A stretch of DNA of 64,000 nucleotides from Chloroflexota bacterium (GTDB taxonomy: Bacteria > Chloroflexota > Limnocylindria > Limnocylindrales > CSP1-4). Numbering within the stretch: position 1 is the stretch's first letter; each line of letters starts with the position of its first letter. This document shows positions 8,035-17,605 of the stretch, in pieces. The notes under the pieces are model-generated. The model saw nothing but the letters and a program-made list of their open reading frames with translations, had not been told where the DNA came from and made no database searches. The position numbers were made by a program, and so were the translations under genes. The DNA lies in contig SCUO01000047.1 in the NCBI GenBank assembly GCA_004297395.1, forward strand, positions 56,575-120,574, in the 5' to 3' direction.

Positions 8035-10002
8035 TCAGGCCCAGGGAACGCTGGCGATCCTGACCGGCGCGCTGACGCCCTTGACCGTCGTCTCGCGAGC
8101 GTCATCGGCCGCGCCGGCCCCGGCCTCGGCCAGGGTCTCGGCGGTGGCGAGGATCTCCGCGCCACCGGCCAGCGCGGCGACGCGAGCGGCGACATGGACG
8201 CCCATGCCGCTGTAGTCCGCCTCGCGCCGGTTCGCCTCGGCAACGTGGAGCCCGATCCGGACGGTAATGGCGAATCCGGTCGCGGCGCGATGGTCGCGCA
8301 GGGCCCGCTGGATCGAGATCGCGCAGTCGAGGCCCTGCCGAGCCGAGGCGAACGCCACGAAGAAGCCGTCGCCGGTCGTGTTGACAACCTCGCCTCCGGC
8401 GGCTGCGAAGCGCGCCCGGAGGGTGTCGTCGTGCCAGCGAAGGAGGCGTTCCCAGGCCTGGTCGCCGAGGGCCTCGGCGAGGTTCGTCGAGCCCACGATG
8501 TCGGTGAACATGAACGTCATCCGGACCTGGACCGGCCCGGTCCGGCGTTCCTGGGCGGCCCGCAGCTCGCGCTCGGCCGCCTGGATGTCGCCGGGTGCGC
8601 CCAGTCGACGAAACTCGTCGAGCGCGGCCCGCAGCTCCAGGTCCGCGTCCTCGTCATCGTCGGTCGACCACAGGGCCCGGGCCAGGAGCGCCCGCGACCG
8701 CGCGACCTCGTACGGCGCGCCGACCTCCCGCCACTCCCGGATCGCCGTTCGCAGCTCGGCCTGGGCGGCGACCGCATTGCCCTCGGCCAGCAGGATCTGA
8801 CCCTGCGCGACGGCCTGGCTGGCCCGCAGCGCCGGCGACGGTCGGGCGGTGATGATCTCGGCGTGCTCGGCGGCCGCTGCCCTGGCCTTTCCGGCGTCGC
8901 CGGCCGCGAGCGCGATCTCGACCTGGGCTGGGAGGAGCCGGGCCCGGGCCCAGTGGTCCCAGGTCTCGGCGAGCGCCGCCTCGATCGCCGTCGACGCCGC
9001 CTTCACCTTGCCCTCGGCAAGGCGGATCAGGGCGAGCGCCGGCTGGGGTGACTTGCCCCTCGCGTGTGCCTCCCGAAGCGCGGCCTCGGCGCCCTCCAGA
9101 TCGCCGCGCAGGCGGCGGACGTCGCCGATCGCGTAGAAGCCTTCAGCCTCGATCGGCCCGGCGTTGAATCGGGCGAGCTCCGTGGTGGCACCCTCCAGCT
9201 CGGTCTCGGCCGCGGCCCAGGCCCCGCGGATCGCCTTGACCTCGGCCCGGTGGACGCGACACACGCCGGGGAAGCCCGAGACGGCCTGCGCCTGGCAGTA
9301 CCGCTCGGTGGCCTCGATCCACTCCGTCGCCCGCCGATAGTCGGTCAGGTCGCGGCACGTCCCGATCATCCGGCAGGCCGTCACGCCGCTGGCGAACGGC
9401 GAAAGCTCGCCGCTGACCGCCGCGAGGGCCGCCTCCTCGAGGAGGGCGAAGCCGTCGTCGACATCGCCGGCGGCGATCTTGAGCTGGCCCAGGGTTCCCT
9501 GGGCAAAGGCCCGAAGATCGCCGTTGGTCGTCCGCTCCCCGATCTCGACGGCCCGCGCTGCCTCCACCAGGGCGCGCTCGGGGTCGCCGGACGCTGCCGC
9601 CGCCTCGGCGCGGGTCAGGGCCAGGTAGCCGTGGGCGTAGCTGTCGCCGTCCCCGAGCAGCCGTTCCGCTCGCCGGATCCAGCTCGTCGAGATCGATGTC
9701 TTGCCCAGGAACGCGTACTCGCGGGCGATGTCGAGGGCGAGGTAGGCAGCCCGCGCCTGGTCACCCTCCTCGAGCCAGGCCTTGAAGGCCCGCTCCTTGG
9801 CGGCGATGCCGGCGTCCGCCTGTGCAGCGAAGAACGCGGCCGTGGCGAGGTCCTCGAGGTCGGCGCCGCGAAGGGGACCGGCCGCCTCGGCAGCCGTCAG
9901 GCGCTCGAATGCCGACGACCAGTCATGGCGTGCGAGGGCCGCCCGGCCAGCCTCGAGCGGTTCGGCCGGACCCGCGGTCGAGGGGGACGTCACCTCGGTC
10001 AT
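8035..10002 (-). CDS. TPR-like helical N-terminal domain fused to C-terminal class III adenylate/guanylate cyclase domain
   Basis: C-terminal MTFMFTDIVGSTNLAE ... VVNTTGDGFFVAF cyclase motifs (metal-binding Asp present); N-terminal about 470 aa of Ala/Leu/Glu-rich TPR-like repeats. Confidence 0.8.
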   Translation of the reverse strand: MTEVTSPSTAGPAEPLEAGRAALARHDWSSAFERLTAAEAAGPLRGADLEDLATAAFFAAQADAGIAAKERAFKAWLEEGDQARAAYLALDIAREYAFLGKTSISTSWIRRAERLLGDGDSYAHGYLALTRAEAAAASGDPERALVEAARAVEIGERTTNGDLRAFAQGTLGQLKIAAGDVDDGFALLEEAALAAVSGELSPFASGVTACRMIGTCRDLTDYRRATEWIEATERYCQAQAVSGFPGVCRVHRAEVKAIRGAWAAAETELEGATTELARFNAGPIEAEGFYAIGDVRRLRGDLEGAEAALREAHARGKSPQPALALIRLAEGKVKAASTAIEAALAETWDHWARARLLPAQVEIALAAGDAGKARAAAAEHAEIITARPSPALRASQAVAQGQILLAEGNAVAAQAELRTAIREWREVGAPYEVARSRALLARALWSTDDDEDADLELRAALDEFRRLGAPGDIQAAERELRAAQERRTGPVQVRMTFMFTDIVGSTNLAEALGDQAWERLLRWHDDTLRARFAAAGGEVVNTTGDGFFVAFASARQGLDCAISIQRALRDHRAATGFAITVRIGLHVAEANRREADYSGMGVHVAARVAALAGGAEILATAETLAEAGAGAADDARETTVKGVSAPVRIASVPWA

Positions 10003-10110
10003 GGCCGGATTGTCGCACCCCGGTCGACCTGCGCCCGCACGTCGGCGGAGGGCAGCGTCGTCGACGCTCCGCTAGAGTCCACGAACAACGCGAAACGGAG
10101 GCATGGAACG

Positions 10111-11190
10111 ATGACCGCGCCCGTCGCCCTGCTCATCGGGACCCCCAAGGGAGCCTTCATCCTCGATGGCGACGCCGGGCGCGGGCGCTGGGCCGTCCGC
10201 GGGCCGCTGTGCGAGGGGTGGCCGATCCACGATGTTTCCGTCGAACCCGGGACGGGCGCACTCCTTGCCGGGGGCGGCAGCCCGTGGTACGGCGGAGCCA
10301 TCTTCCGCAGCGACGATCATGGCGCGACCTGGACGCATTCCAGCGAGGGCCTGACCTACGGCGACGATGGTCCGAAGCTGAAGACGGTCTGGAACGTCAC
10401 GGCCGACGGGAACGGCACGATCTACGCGGGTGTGGAACCGGCCGGCCTGTTCCGGAGCGATGACGACGGCGCCACCTGGTCCCACGTGGAGGGCCTGACC
10501 AACCACCCGACGCGGCCCGAGTGGCAACCGGGCAACGGCGGGCTCATCCTCCACTCGATCGTCCCCCACCCCACCGACCGTGGCCGGATCTGGGTCGGGA
10601 TCTCGGCCGTCGGGGCCTTCGAGACACGCGACGGTGGGGCGTCCTGGGAGACCCGCAACAGGGGCGTCCGGGCCGAGTTCAACCCCGAGAACCGGTATCC
10701 CGAGTTCGGCCAGTGCGTCCACAAGCTGGTCATGGCCGCCGACGGCGGCGAGCACCTCTACCAGCAGAACCACTGCGGCGTGTACCGGTCCAGCGACGGC
10801 GGCCGCGAGTGGCAGGAGATCAGCGCCGGCCTCCCATCCGATTTCGGCTTCCCGATGGTCGCGCACCCGCGGGACCCGCAGACGGTCTGGACGATCCCGC
10901 TCACCCAGCCCGAGGAGGGCCGCCTGATGCCCGAGGCGAAGGCCGCGGTCTGGCGGACCCACGACGGCGGCGACTCCTGGGTCCGGTCGGGCGAGGGCCT
11001 GCCGCAGGACGGCGCGTACCTGGGCGTGCTGCGTGAGGCCATGGCGGTCGATCGGCTGGATCCCGTCGGTGTCTACTTCGGGACCAGCACCGGCCAGGTG
11101 TACGGCAGCGCCGACGAGGGTCGGACGTGGTCGCTCGTGGCCGGCAACCTGCCGCCGATCTGGTCGGTCGAGACAACCGCAGGCCGTTGA
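10111..11190 (+). CDS. BNR/Asp-box repeat beta-propeller protein (Ycf48/sialidase-like)
   Basis: Six S-x-D-x-G-x-T-W-like repeats (RSDDHGATW, RSDDDGATW, TRDGGASW, RSSDGGREW, THDGGDSW, SADEGRTW); GGAGG RBS 9 nt upstream of ATG 10111; upstream part of ORF 9064..11190 is antisense to the cyclase gene. Confidence 0.8.
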   Translation: MTAPVALLIGTPKGAFILDGDAGRGRWAVRGPLCEGWPIHDVSVEPGTGALLAGGGSPWYGGAIFRSDDHGATWTHSSEGLTYGDDGPKLKTVWNVTADGNGTIYAGVEPAGLFRSDDDGATWSHVEGLTNHPTRPEWQPGNGGLILHSIVPHPTDRGRIWVGISAVGAFETRDGGASWETRNRGVRAEFNPENRYPEFGQCVHKLVMAADGGEHLYQQNHCGVYRSSDGGREWQEISAGLPSDFGFPMVAHPRDPQTVWTIPLTQPEEGRLMPEAKAAVWRTHDGGDSWVRSGEGLPQDGAYLGVLREAMAVDRLDPVGVYFGTSTGQVYGSADEGRTWSLVAGNLPPIWSVETTAGR

Positions 11191-11201
11191 CCGATCAGCC
11201 C

Positions 11202-11480
11202 ATGGCCGCCGCCGCCCCGGCGATCGTCCACCTGCCGCGCTCGCTCGTGGCGCTCTTCCCGGGTGCACCCCGCCGCCTGGAGGCGTTCGGAGCGACGGTC
11301 GCCGACGTCCTCGACGACCTCGATCGCCAGGTGCCGGGGATGCGCAACCGGCTCCTCGACGCCGGCCCCGAGATCAGGGCCCACATCAACGTATACGTCG
11401 CGGCGGAGCGGGCCGGGCTCGACACACGGGTCCCGCCGGGGGCCGACGTCCACATCGTGCCGGCGGTCTCAGGCGGCTGA
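11202..11480 (+). CDS. MoaD/ThiS-family ubiquitin-like sulfur-carrier protein (C-terminal Gly-Gly)
   Basis: 92 aa ending ...HIVPAVSGG; starts 12 nt after BNR gene stop. Confidence 0.6.
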   Translation: MAAAAPAIVHLPRSLVALFPGAPRRLEAFGATVADVLDDLDRQVPGMRNRLLDAGPEIRAHINVYVAAERAGLDTRVPPGADVHIVPAVSGG

Positions 11481-11560
11481 CATCGCCCGGCCCCGAGGGC
11501 GGACCGGGTCGCCCCGCTCCGACTCCGGTCGGCTCCGACCCCGGCCGGTTCGGGTCCCGC

Positions 11561-12997
11561 TCAGATCGACGGGCGCTGCCAGCCGCCGGAGGCCGCCTCG
11601 ACGACGGCGGCCCCGGCGAGGACGAGATCCTCGCGCCACGGCGGCCCGACGACCTGGATCCCGATCGGGAGACCCTCCGCGGATGTCCCACCCCGGACTA
11701 CGGCCGCCGGCCAGCCGGTGAGGTTGTAAACGTCGCTGTACGTGTCGCCGAACCAGGCCGCGGAGCTCTCACCGTGGCGGATGGCCGGTTGCGGCATTGC
11801 CGGACAGACGATGAGGTCGCGGCCCTGGAACCACGCCAGGAGGCGGCTTCGGATGGCGTCGGCCCGCTCGACGAGGGCGGTCAGCTCGGGAGCCGCCACG
11901 GCCGGCTCCCGGACGACCCAGTCGCGCGTCGCGTACGACCCGAACCCCGCGGTCCCGGCGCCGCTGATCAGCCGTTCCAGCCAGGCGAAACCGTCTGCCC
12001 GGATGAGGCCGTTCCAGGCGCGCCACGCCTCGTCGAGGCCGGGCGGGAGCAGCGCTTCGACGCGGGCCCCACGATCGCGGAGGGCGTCGGCCGCGAGCCC
12101 GACAGCCGCGATCGTCTCGGCCGTGGGCGTGCGCATGGCGTTGTCGGCGAACGTGACCACCCGCAGACCCTCGAGATGGACCGCCGCGGGGTCCCGCAGC
12201 CCAACCGGGGCAACGTGGGGATCCCGTCCATCGGGCCCGGCGATGACCGGCAGGATCAGCCCCAGATCCTCCACCCGACGAGCCAACGGCCCAAGCTGGG
12301 TGAACGACTGGAAGAGGCCCTCGAAGCCCGGCCAGTGGCCCGTCCGGGGAACCCGCCCGCTCGTCGGCTTGAGGCCGGCGATCCCGCACACGTGGGCAGG
12401 CTGTCGGATGCTGTCGCCGGTATCGCTGCCGATGTCGAATGGCGAGCCGCCGGCTGCGACGATCGCCGCCGCCCCGCCGCTGCTCCCACCGGGGGTCCGC
12501 TCGAGGTCGTACGGGTTGGAGGTCCGGCCGTAGACATCGTTGTCGGTCTCGTCCGACCAGGTGAACTCGGGCGTGTTCGTCTTGCCGAGGAGGATCGCGC
12601 CGGCACGCTTCAGGCGGGCGATGACCGTGGCGTCCTCGTCCGGCACCCGATCCCGCCAGCCGATCGTCCCCGCCGTCGTGACGACACCGGCGGAGTCGAG
12701 CGAGTCCTTGGCCGTGAAGGGCACGCCGTGCAGCGGGCCCAATATCGTCCCGGCGGCGCGCCCCAGGTCGGCCCGCCGGGCGCGATCGAGGGCGTCGTCG
12801 GTGAATCGGACAACGGCATTGATCGCGGGATTGACCGCCTCGATCCGGGCCAGGCATGCCTCGACGAGCTCGACCGAGGTCACCCGGCCCTCGCGGACGG
12901 CTGCGGCCATCCAGGTTGCCGAAGCGAAGCACTGCTCATCCACGGTCGAAGTGTGGCTCGGCAGCGGCCGCTGTGCGCGGCCCTCGGACGCCTCCAA
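11561..12997 (-). CDS. Amidase (amidase-signature family)
   Basis: GGSSGGAAAIVAAGGSPFDIGSDTGDSIRQPA signature, Ser-cisSer-Lys triad context (KDS...). Confidence 0.85.
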   Translation of the reverse strand: MEASEGRAQRPLPSHTSTVDEQCFASATWMAAAVREGRVTSVELVEACLARIEAVNPAINAVVRFTDDALDRARRADLGRAAGTILGPLHGVPFTAKDSLDSAGVVTTAGTIGWRDRVPDEDATVIARLKRAGAILLGKTNTPEFTWSDETDNDVYGRTSNPYDLERTPGGSSGGAAAIVAAGGSPFDIGSDTGDSIRQPAHVCGIAGLKPTSGRVPRTGHWPGFEGLFQSFTQLGPLARRVEDLGLILPVIAGPDGRDPHVAPVGLRDPAAVHLEGLRVVTFADNAMRTPTAETIAAVGLAADALRDRGARVEALLPPGLDEAWRAWNGLIRADGFAWLERLISGAGTAGFGSYATRDWVVREPAVAAPELTALVERADAIRSRLLAWFQGRDLIVCPAMPQPAIRHGESSAAWFGDTYSDVYNLTGWPAAVVRGGTSAEGLPIGIQVVGPPWREDLVLAGAAVVEAASGGWQRPSI

Positions 12998-13054
12998 TCC
13001 CGTGGCCGAGGGCGGGACGCGGGTCAGCGGACCCGGCCCGAGCGACCCCGCCTG

Positions 13055-13504
13055 TCAGCGGGTCCGGCCCTCCCGCAGCGCCGCCACCGACTTCGCGATG
13101 CGGCGCTGCCGCGTCTCGTCCGTCTTCGCGCCGTCGACCTGGAGGGTATGCCAGGACTTGTTGCTGTACGACAGCCTGTCGAACGTCGCCCGGGCCGCCG
13201 GTTCGGCGTCGAGAGCGGCTCCGAAGTCCGCCGGCACGATGACCTCGCGCGGTGCGGTGTCCAGCTCGAGGTCGATCTCGACCTCGTCGCCGGCCTTCAG
13301 GCCCGACGCGGCACGGTGCTCATTGCTGACCCCGATCATGTACGCGCCGCCCATGACCGCGACCGTGTTCCGGTAGCTGTAGCCGTTGATGGTGACGCGG
13401 ACAGGCGGCCGCTTGCCCGCTCCCAGGACCTGGACGACCGCCTCGGGCACCTCGAAGCCGGCGGCAGTCTTGCCGGCGGCCATGATGGTGGCTCGGAATC
13501 GCAT
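13055..13504 (-). CDS. DUF1905/YdeI-like domain protein
   Basis: VPEAVVQVLGAGKRPPVRVTINGYSYRNTVAVMGGAYMIGVS pattern of DUF1905 followed by YdeI/OmpD-associated C-terminal segment. Confidence 0.55.
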   Translation of the reverse strand: MRFRATIMAAGKTAAGFEVPEAVVQVLGAGKRPPVRVTINGYSYRNTVAVMGGAYMIGVSNEHRAASGLKAGDEVEIDLELDTAPREVIVPADFGAALDAEPAARATFDRLSYSNKSWHTLQVDGAKTDETRQRRIAKSVAALREGRTR

Positions 13505-13527
13505 GGTGGGCCTCCCGCGGGCGCTGG

Positions 13528-14931
13528 TCAGGCGGTCGCAGCCGGTGGGATGTTCTGGTTGCGGTGGAACAGGTTCGTCGGATCGTACGCGGCCTTGACG
13601 GCGGCGAGCCGATCCCAGGTCGGGCCTGGGTAGGCAGCCCGGACCCGGGCTTCGCCCTCGTCGGTGAGGAAGTTGACGTAGGCGCCCTGGTCCTCCTGGC
13701 GGATCGCCGCCAGGAGCTCGGCCAGCCAGGCCTCGCGCCGCTTTCGCTCCTCTGCCGTCTCGTAGAAGGCGCCGACGACCGCCATGATCCTGCTGGATCG
13801 GTGGGCGAAGGCAGTTGCGTCGGCGGGGACGCGGGCCATTGCCCCGCCGAGGACCCGGAGCTGGGCGAACCGGAATGGCGCGTCCGAGGCTCGCAGATGG
13901 TCCATGATCGCGCCCGCCGCGGGCCGATCGACCCGATCCAGGAACAGCGTGTGGCTCACCGCGGTCGGGTGGTAGCTGTCATCCGCGGGCGGGAACATCT
14001 CGGGGTAGGCCATCTCCCGGACGAGATCCGCGTGGGCGGTCGCGAGCGCCCGGAACGGCGCGTAGACGGCTGCGCCGGCACTGACGTCGCCGGCGTAGAC
14101 CATCATCGCCAGGATCACCAGCTGGCCGTGGACCGCCTCGGGCAGGAACGGCATCGGCGGCGCCGGCATGACGTTGGCGATGGTGGACAGCTCCTCGGGC
14201 GCCGCCTCGGCCGCGGCGATGAAGCCGGCGACCGTCTCGGGCGTGGCCGGCAGGACGAGGATCCCACCGACGACCGTGCCGAGCGGGTGGAGGCGGTAGC
14301 GGAGACGGGTCACGACGCCGAAGTTGCCGCCGCCGCCGCGGATGGCCCAGAACAGGTCCGGGTGGGTCGTCGCATCCACCTGGAGGATGCGGCCGTCGGC
14401 GGTCACGATCTCGACGCCGAGGAGATTGTCGATCGTCAGGCCGTGCTTCCGGACGAGGTAGCCGATCCCGCCTCCGAGGGTGATCCCGCTGATCCCGACC
14501 GAGCCTGTATCGCCGAAGCCGAGGCCGAGCCCATGCTCGGCGAGGGCGGGCGTGACCTCGCCCGCGGTCAGGCCGGCGCCGGCCCAGGTGGACCGCGTTT
14601 CGGCGTCGATGTCGAGGGTCTTCAGGTCTCGGAGGTCGATGACCAGGCCGTCGTCGGCGCTGCCGTGGCCGGCGCCGCTGTGGCCCCCGGCTCGAACGGC
14701 GAGCTCCAGGCCGTGGTCGCGCGCCGCGGCGATCGCCGCGGCCACGTCTCCGGCATCGGCGACCCGGGCGATGACCGCGGGTCGCGGATCCGTGCCGCCG
14801 AGCATGATCGTGCGGGCGGTGTCGTACTCGGGATCGGCGGGGGTGATGACCCGGCCGCGCAGGGTGGCGCGCAGCCGGTCGATCGCCGCCCGGGTCGCGG
14901 GCGCCGTGGGGGTGCTCATCGGGGCCTCCAT
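13528..14931 (-). CDS. FAD-binding oxidoreductase (FAD-linked oxidase / berberine-bridge-like)
   Basis: FAD-binding PCMH domain motifs RAGGHSGAGHG, GGGNFGVVT; C-terminal BBE-like segment YVNF. Confidence 0.8.
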   Translation of the reverse strand: MEAPMSTPTAPATRAAIDRLRATLRGRVITPADPEYDTARTIMLGGTDPRPAVIARVADAGDVAAAIAAARDHGLELAVRAGGHSGAGHGSADDGLVIDLRDLKTLDIDAETRSTWAGAGLTAGEVTPALAEHGLGLGFGDTGSVGISGITLGGGIGYLVRKHGLTIDNLLGVEIVTADGRILQVDATTHPDLFWAIRGGGGNFGVVTRLRYRLHPLGTVVGGILVLPATPETVAGFIAAAEAAPEELSTIANVMPAPPMPFLPEAVHGQLVILAMMVYAGDVSAGAAVYAPFRALATAHADLVREMAYPEMFPPADDSYHPTAVSHTLFLDRVDRPAAGAIMDHLRASDAPFRFAQLRVLGGAMARVPADATAFAHRSSRIMAVVGAFYETAEERKRREAWLAELLAAIRQEDQGAYVNFLTDEGEARVRAAYPGPTWDRLAAVKAAYDPTNLFHRNQNIPPAATA

Positions 14932-15138
14932 GGTCCGGTCGTGGCAAGTGGTACCGATAGGGACAGCCGGCGCCGGGCAGATTCATCGGTCCGTGGACGC
15001 GATGATGGTCCGGCGCCGGTCGGCGGGCTCCCCGGGACGGTGGACGGGGACGCCGGCGAGCCCTGACCCTGACAGTCTTGCAGATGGGCGCAGATCGTTC
15101 CGTTCGGGGTGGGCAGGTACCGCCGACTTGACGGCGAA

Positions 15139-16125
15139 TCAGCCCTCCGGCGTCAGCCAGACCGGGTAATCGGTGACGTTCTCCGGGGTCCCGTCCCGAG
15201 CCGAGTAGTCGAAGACTCGGAGCGTCCCCCACTGGGCGGCATCGACGCTGTACGGCACGGTCACGTCGAACGTGCCCCAGCAGCCGGTGCCGCAGGTGGC
15301 CATGGCGCCGACCTCGACGAGGACGTCGTCGTCGCCGTCGAGGATCGCGATGCGGAAGTTGGCCTCGAAGACGTTGCTCGATCCGGTGACGCGCATCGGG
15401 TTGCCGCCGGCCGCGCCCCAGGCCGGTCGATCGACCCAGATGGCGGGCAGCTGGTCGGTGTAGTCGGCACGGCCGACGGGATGGTCGAGGATGACGCCCT
15501 CACCGCTGAAGACCGTGACCGGCTCACCATCCAGCCGGAAGGTCACCGCATCGACCGTTGGGAACTGGGTCAGCGTGTACACGACCTGGGCCAGGCGACC
15601 CAGGACCGACGCACTGCCGCCCCCGGATTCGAACTCCCGCGAGAGATCGACCGTGGCGACTCCGTCCTCGATCGTCAGGCCGAGGAAGCGGGTGCCCTCG
15701 GGGATCGTCGTGTACATGGCCAGACGGCCGGCCAGCTCGGGTTCGCTCGGGCCGGCGAGCAGCGCAGCCATGGCCGCGGCGCCGACCGCCTGGGTCCTGG
15801 GGATCTCGCGCAGGACCGGCACGAGGCCGCCATCGTGGCTGAAGCTGCCGAGGAAGAAGTAGGCGCGGATCGTGGTGGTCTCGCTGGCCGATCCGGTTGG
15901 GCTCGCCGCAGGCGAGCCGGCGGGTGTCGGGCTCGAGGTGCCGCCGGCGGTGGGCTCGGGGCTGGGCGGGTCGATGGATGGGGCGGTCGTCGACACCGGC
16001 GGGGCGACCGTACCGAGATCGCCGGTCCCGGACCCGCAGGCGGCGAGGCTCAGAACGATCGAGGTGATGACGAACGCCGCGAGCAGGCTCGCGGGTCGGC
16101 GACTGGCGGCGGACTGGCGGTTCAT
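15139..16125 (-). CDS. GerMN-domain lipoprotein (LpqB-like, short)
   Basis: Lipobox LAACGSG after signal peptide; GerMN-type segment; ATGA-overlapped to upstream histidine kinase as in mtrA-mtrB-lpqB operons. Confidence 0.65.
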   Translation of the reverse strand: MNRQSAASRRPASLLAAFVITSIVLSLAACGSGTGDLGTVAPPVSTTAPSIDPPSPEPTAGGTSSPTPAGSPAASPTGSASETTTIRAYFFLGSFSHDGGLVPVLREIPRTQAVGAAAMAALLAGPSEPELAGRLAMYTTIPEGTRFLGLTIEDGVATVDLSREFESGGGSASVLGRLAQVVYTLTQFPTVDAVTFRLDGEPVTVFSGEGVILDHPVGRADYTDQLPAIWVDRPAWGAAGGNPMRVTGSSNVFEANFRIAILDGDDDVLVEVGAMATCGTGCWGTFDVTVPYSVDAAQWGTLRVFDYSARDGTPENVTDYPVWLTPEG

Positions 16126-17597
16126 GGCTCCGATCTCGGTGTGGGCTCCGACATGCTCGAAGCCTCCCGCGGGCCCGTATCAGCCCGATCGCCAGCCGGT
16201 AACGATCGGGTCACAGGCAGCCTGACCGTGAAGGCCAGCCCGCCACCCGGCCTCGTCTCGGCCCGGATCGAACCGCCGAGGAGGGTCGCGTGCTCGGCCG
16301 CGATGGCAAGGCCCAGGCCGGAGGTGGATGTCGCCGAGCTGGCGCGCGAGGGATCGGCCTTGTAGAAGCGATCGAACAAACGCGGGAGGGCGTCCGCGGC
16401 GGCCCCCGGGCCTCGATCGGCGACGACGACGCTGACCTGGTCGTCACCGGCCGAGACGGTCACCTCGACCGGCGCACCCGGGGCGTGGACGCGAGCGTTG
16501 TCGAGCAGGTTGCCGATGATCCGGTCGAGCCGCCGGACGTCGGATTCGATGACCACCGGAGCCTCGGGCAGGATGGTCCGCGCCTCCGGGAGGCGCGTCG
16601 CGACGATCGCGCTGACGACCCGGCCGAGATCGAGCGGCTCGAGGCGGGGGGCCTCCGCCTGGGCGTCGAACCGCGACAGCTCCATGAGATCCTCGACCAG
16701 GATCCGGAGGCGGCGGATGTCGCCCACGAGCAGTTCGGCGGCGCGCCGGGCATCGGGCTCGAGGCGGTCCAGGCCGGCCTCGATGATCGAGGCCTCGGCG
16801 ACGAGCGCGGTCAGGGGCGTCCTGAGCTCGTGCGAGACGTCGGCCACGAAGCGCCGGTTCTGCCCCTGGGCCGCCTGGAGGCGCTCGACGGTGGACTCGA
16901 GCGAATCGGCCATCCGGTTGAACTCGCCGGCCCAGGCAGCCAGCTCGTCTCGGCCCTGCACCGGCAGCCTCGCGCCGAGGTCCCCGGCCGCGATCCGCCC
17001 GGCGGCCACGCTGCCCGAGGCGATGGGCCGGAGGATCCGGCGGGCGATGAAGCCGGCCGTCACCAGGGCGACGAGGACGGCGATCAGCCCGGCGGCGACG
17101 AGGCCGGCCCGGAGCTGCCCCAGGGCGTTCTCCAACGGGCTGGCATCGACGACCAGGTAGACGGCCGGCCCATCGCCCTGGCGACCACCGACGATCAGCG
17201 AGGGCCGGCCATTCGCCGCCTGCCACGAGTAGCCGAGCCGGCCGGCGTCGACGGTTTGGCGCAGGCCGGCGGGCAGGCCAGCGAGGACCGGGAAGAGGGA
17301 TGACGGCTGGACGAACGGGTCCGCGTCGCCGAAGTCGACCATGAGGCCGACGTCGCCCCGGAGGCTGAATGCCTGGGCCAGGCCGCTGGCCTCGAAGTCG
17401 GGGCGGCTCGCGTCGGGCGGCAGCTGGTCGGGCAGGAGCACGGACAGGTCGAACTGGGCCTGGCGGCTCGCATCGGCGAGGAGGCTCTCGCGGAGCCGAG
17501 CCTCGACGAAGGCGTACGTCCCGATCCCGATCGCCGTCACCGTGACCGCGACGAGGGCAACCAGCGTGACGGCCAGCCGCGCCCGGATCCCGCGCAC
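16122..17597 (-). CDS. Sensor histidine kinase (MtrB-like; 2 TM, HAMP, HisKA, HATPase)
   Basis: HAMP IASGSVAAGRIAAGDL, H-box FVADVSHELRTPLTAL, N/G boxes NLLDNARVHA, GLGLAIA. Confidence 0.85.
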   Translation of the reverse strand: MRGIRARLAVTLVALVAVTVTAIGIGTYAFVEARLRESLLADASRQAQFDLSVLLPDQLPPDASRPDFEASGLAQAFSLRGDVGLMVDFGDADPFVQPSSLFPVLAGLPAGLRQTVDAGRLGYSWQAANGRPSLIVGGRQGDGPAVYLVVDASPLENALGQLRAGLVAAGLIAVLVALVTAGFIARRILRPIASGSVAAGRIAAGDLGARLPVQGRDELAAWAGEFNRMADSLESTVERLQAAQGQNRRFVADVSHELRTPLTALVAEASIIEAGLDRLEPDARRAAELLVGDIRRLRILVEDLMELSRFDAQAEAPRLEPLDLGRVVSAIVATRLPEARTILPEAPVVIESDVRRLDRIIGNLLDNARVHAPGAPVEVTVSAGDDQVSVVVADRGPGAAADALPRLFDRFYKADPSRASSATSTSGLGLAIAAEHATLLGGSIRAETRPGGGLAFTVRLPVTRSLPAGDRADTGPREASSMSEPTPRSEP

Positions 17598-17605
17598 CGC
17601 GCCCC

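Noticed and set aside
9064-10110. N-terminal 349 codons of ORF 9064..11190
   Set aside because: Antisense to the TPR-cyclase gene and compositionally junk. Real BNR gene starts at ATG 10111 with GGAGG RBS.
10072-13633. Long antisense ORFs 10072..11268(-) and 11033..13633(+)
   Set aside because: Opposite strand or out of frame to BNR, MoaD-like, amidase and DUF1905 genes. Arg/Pro/Gly-rich translations.
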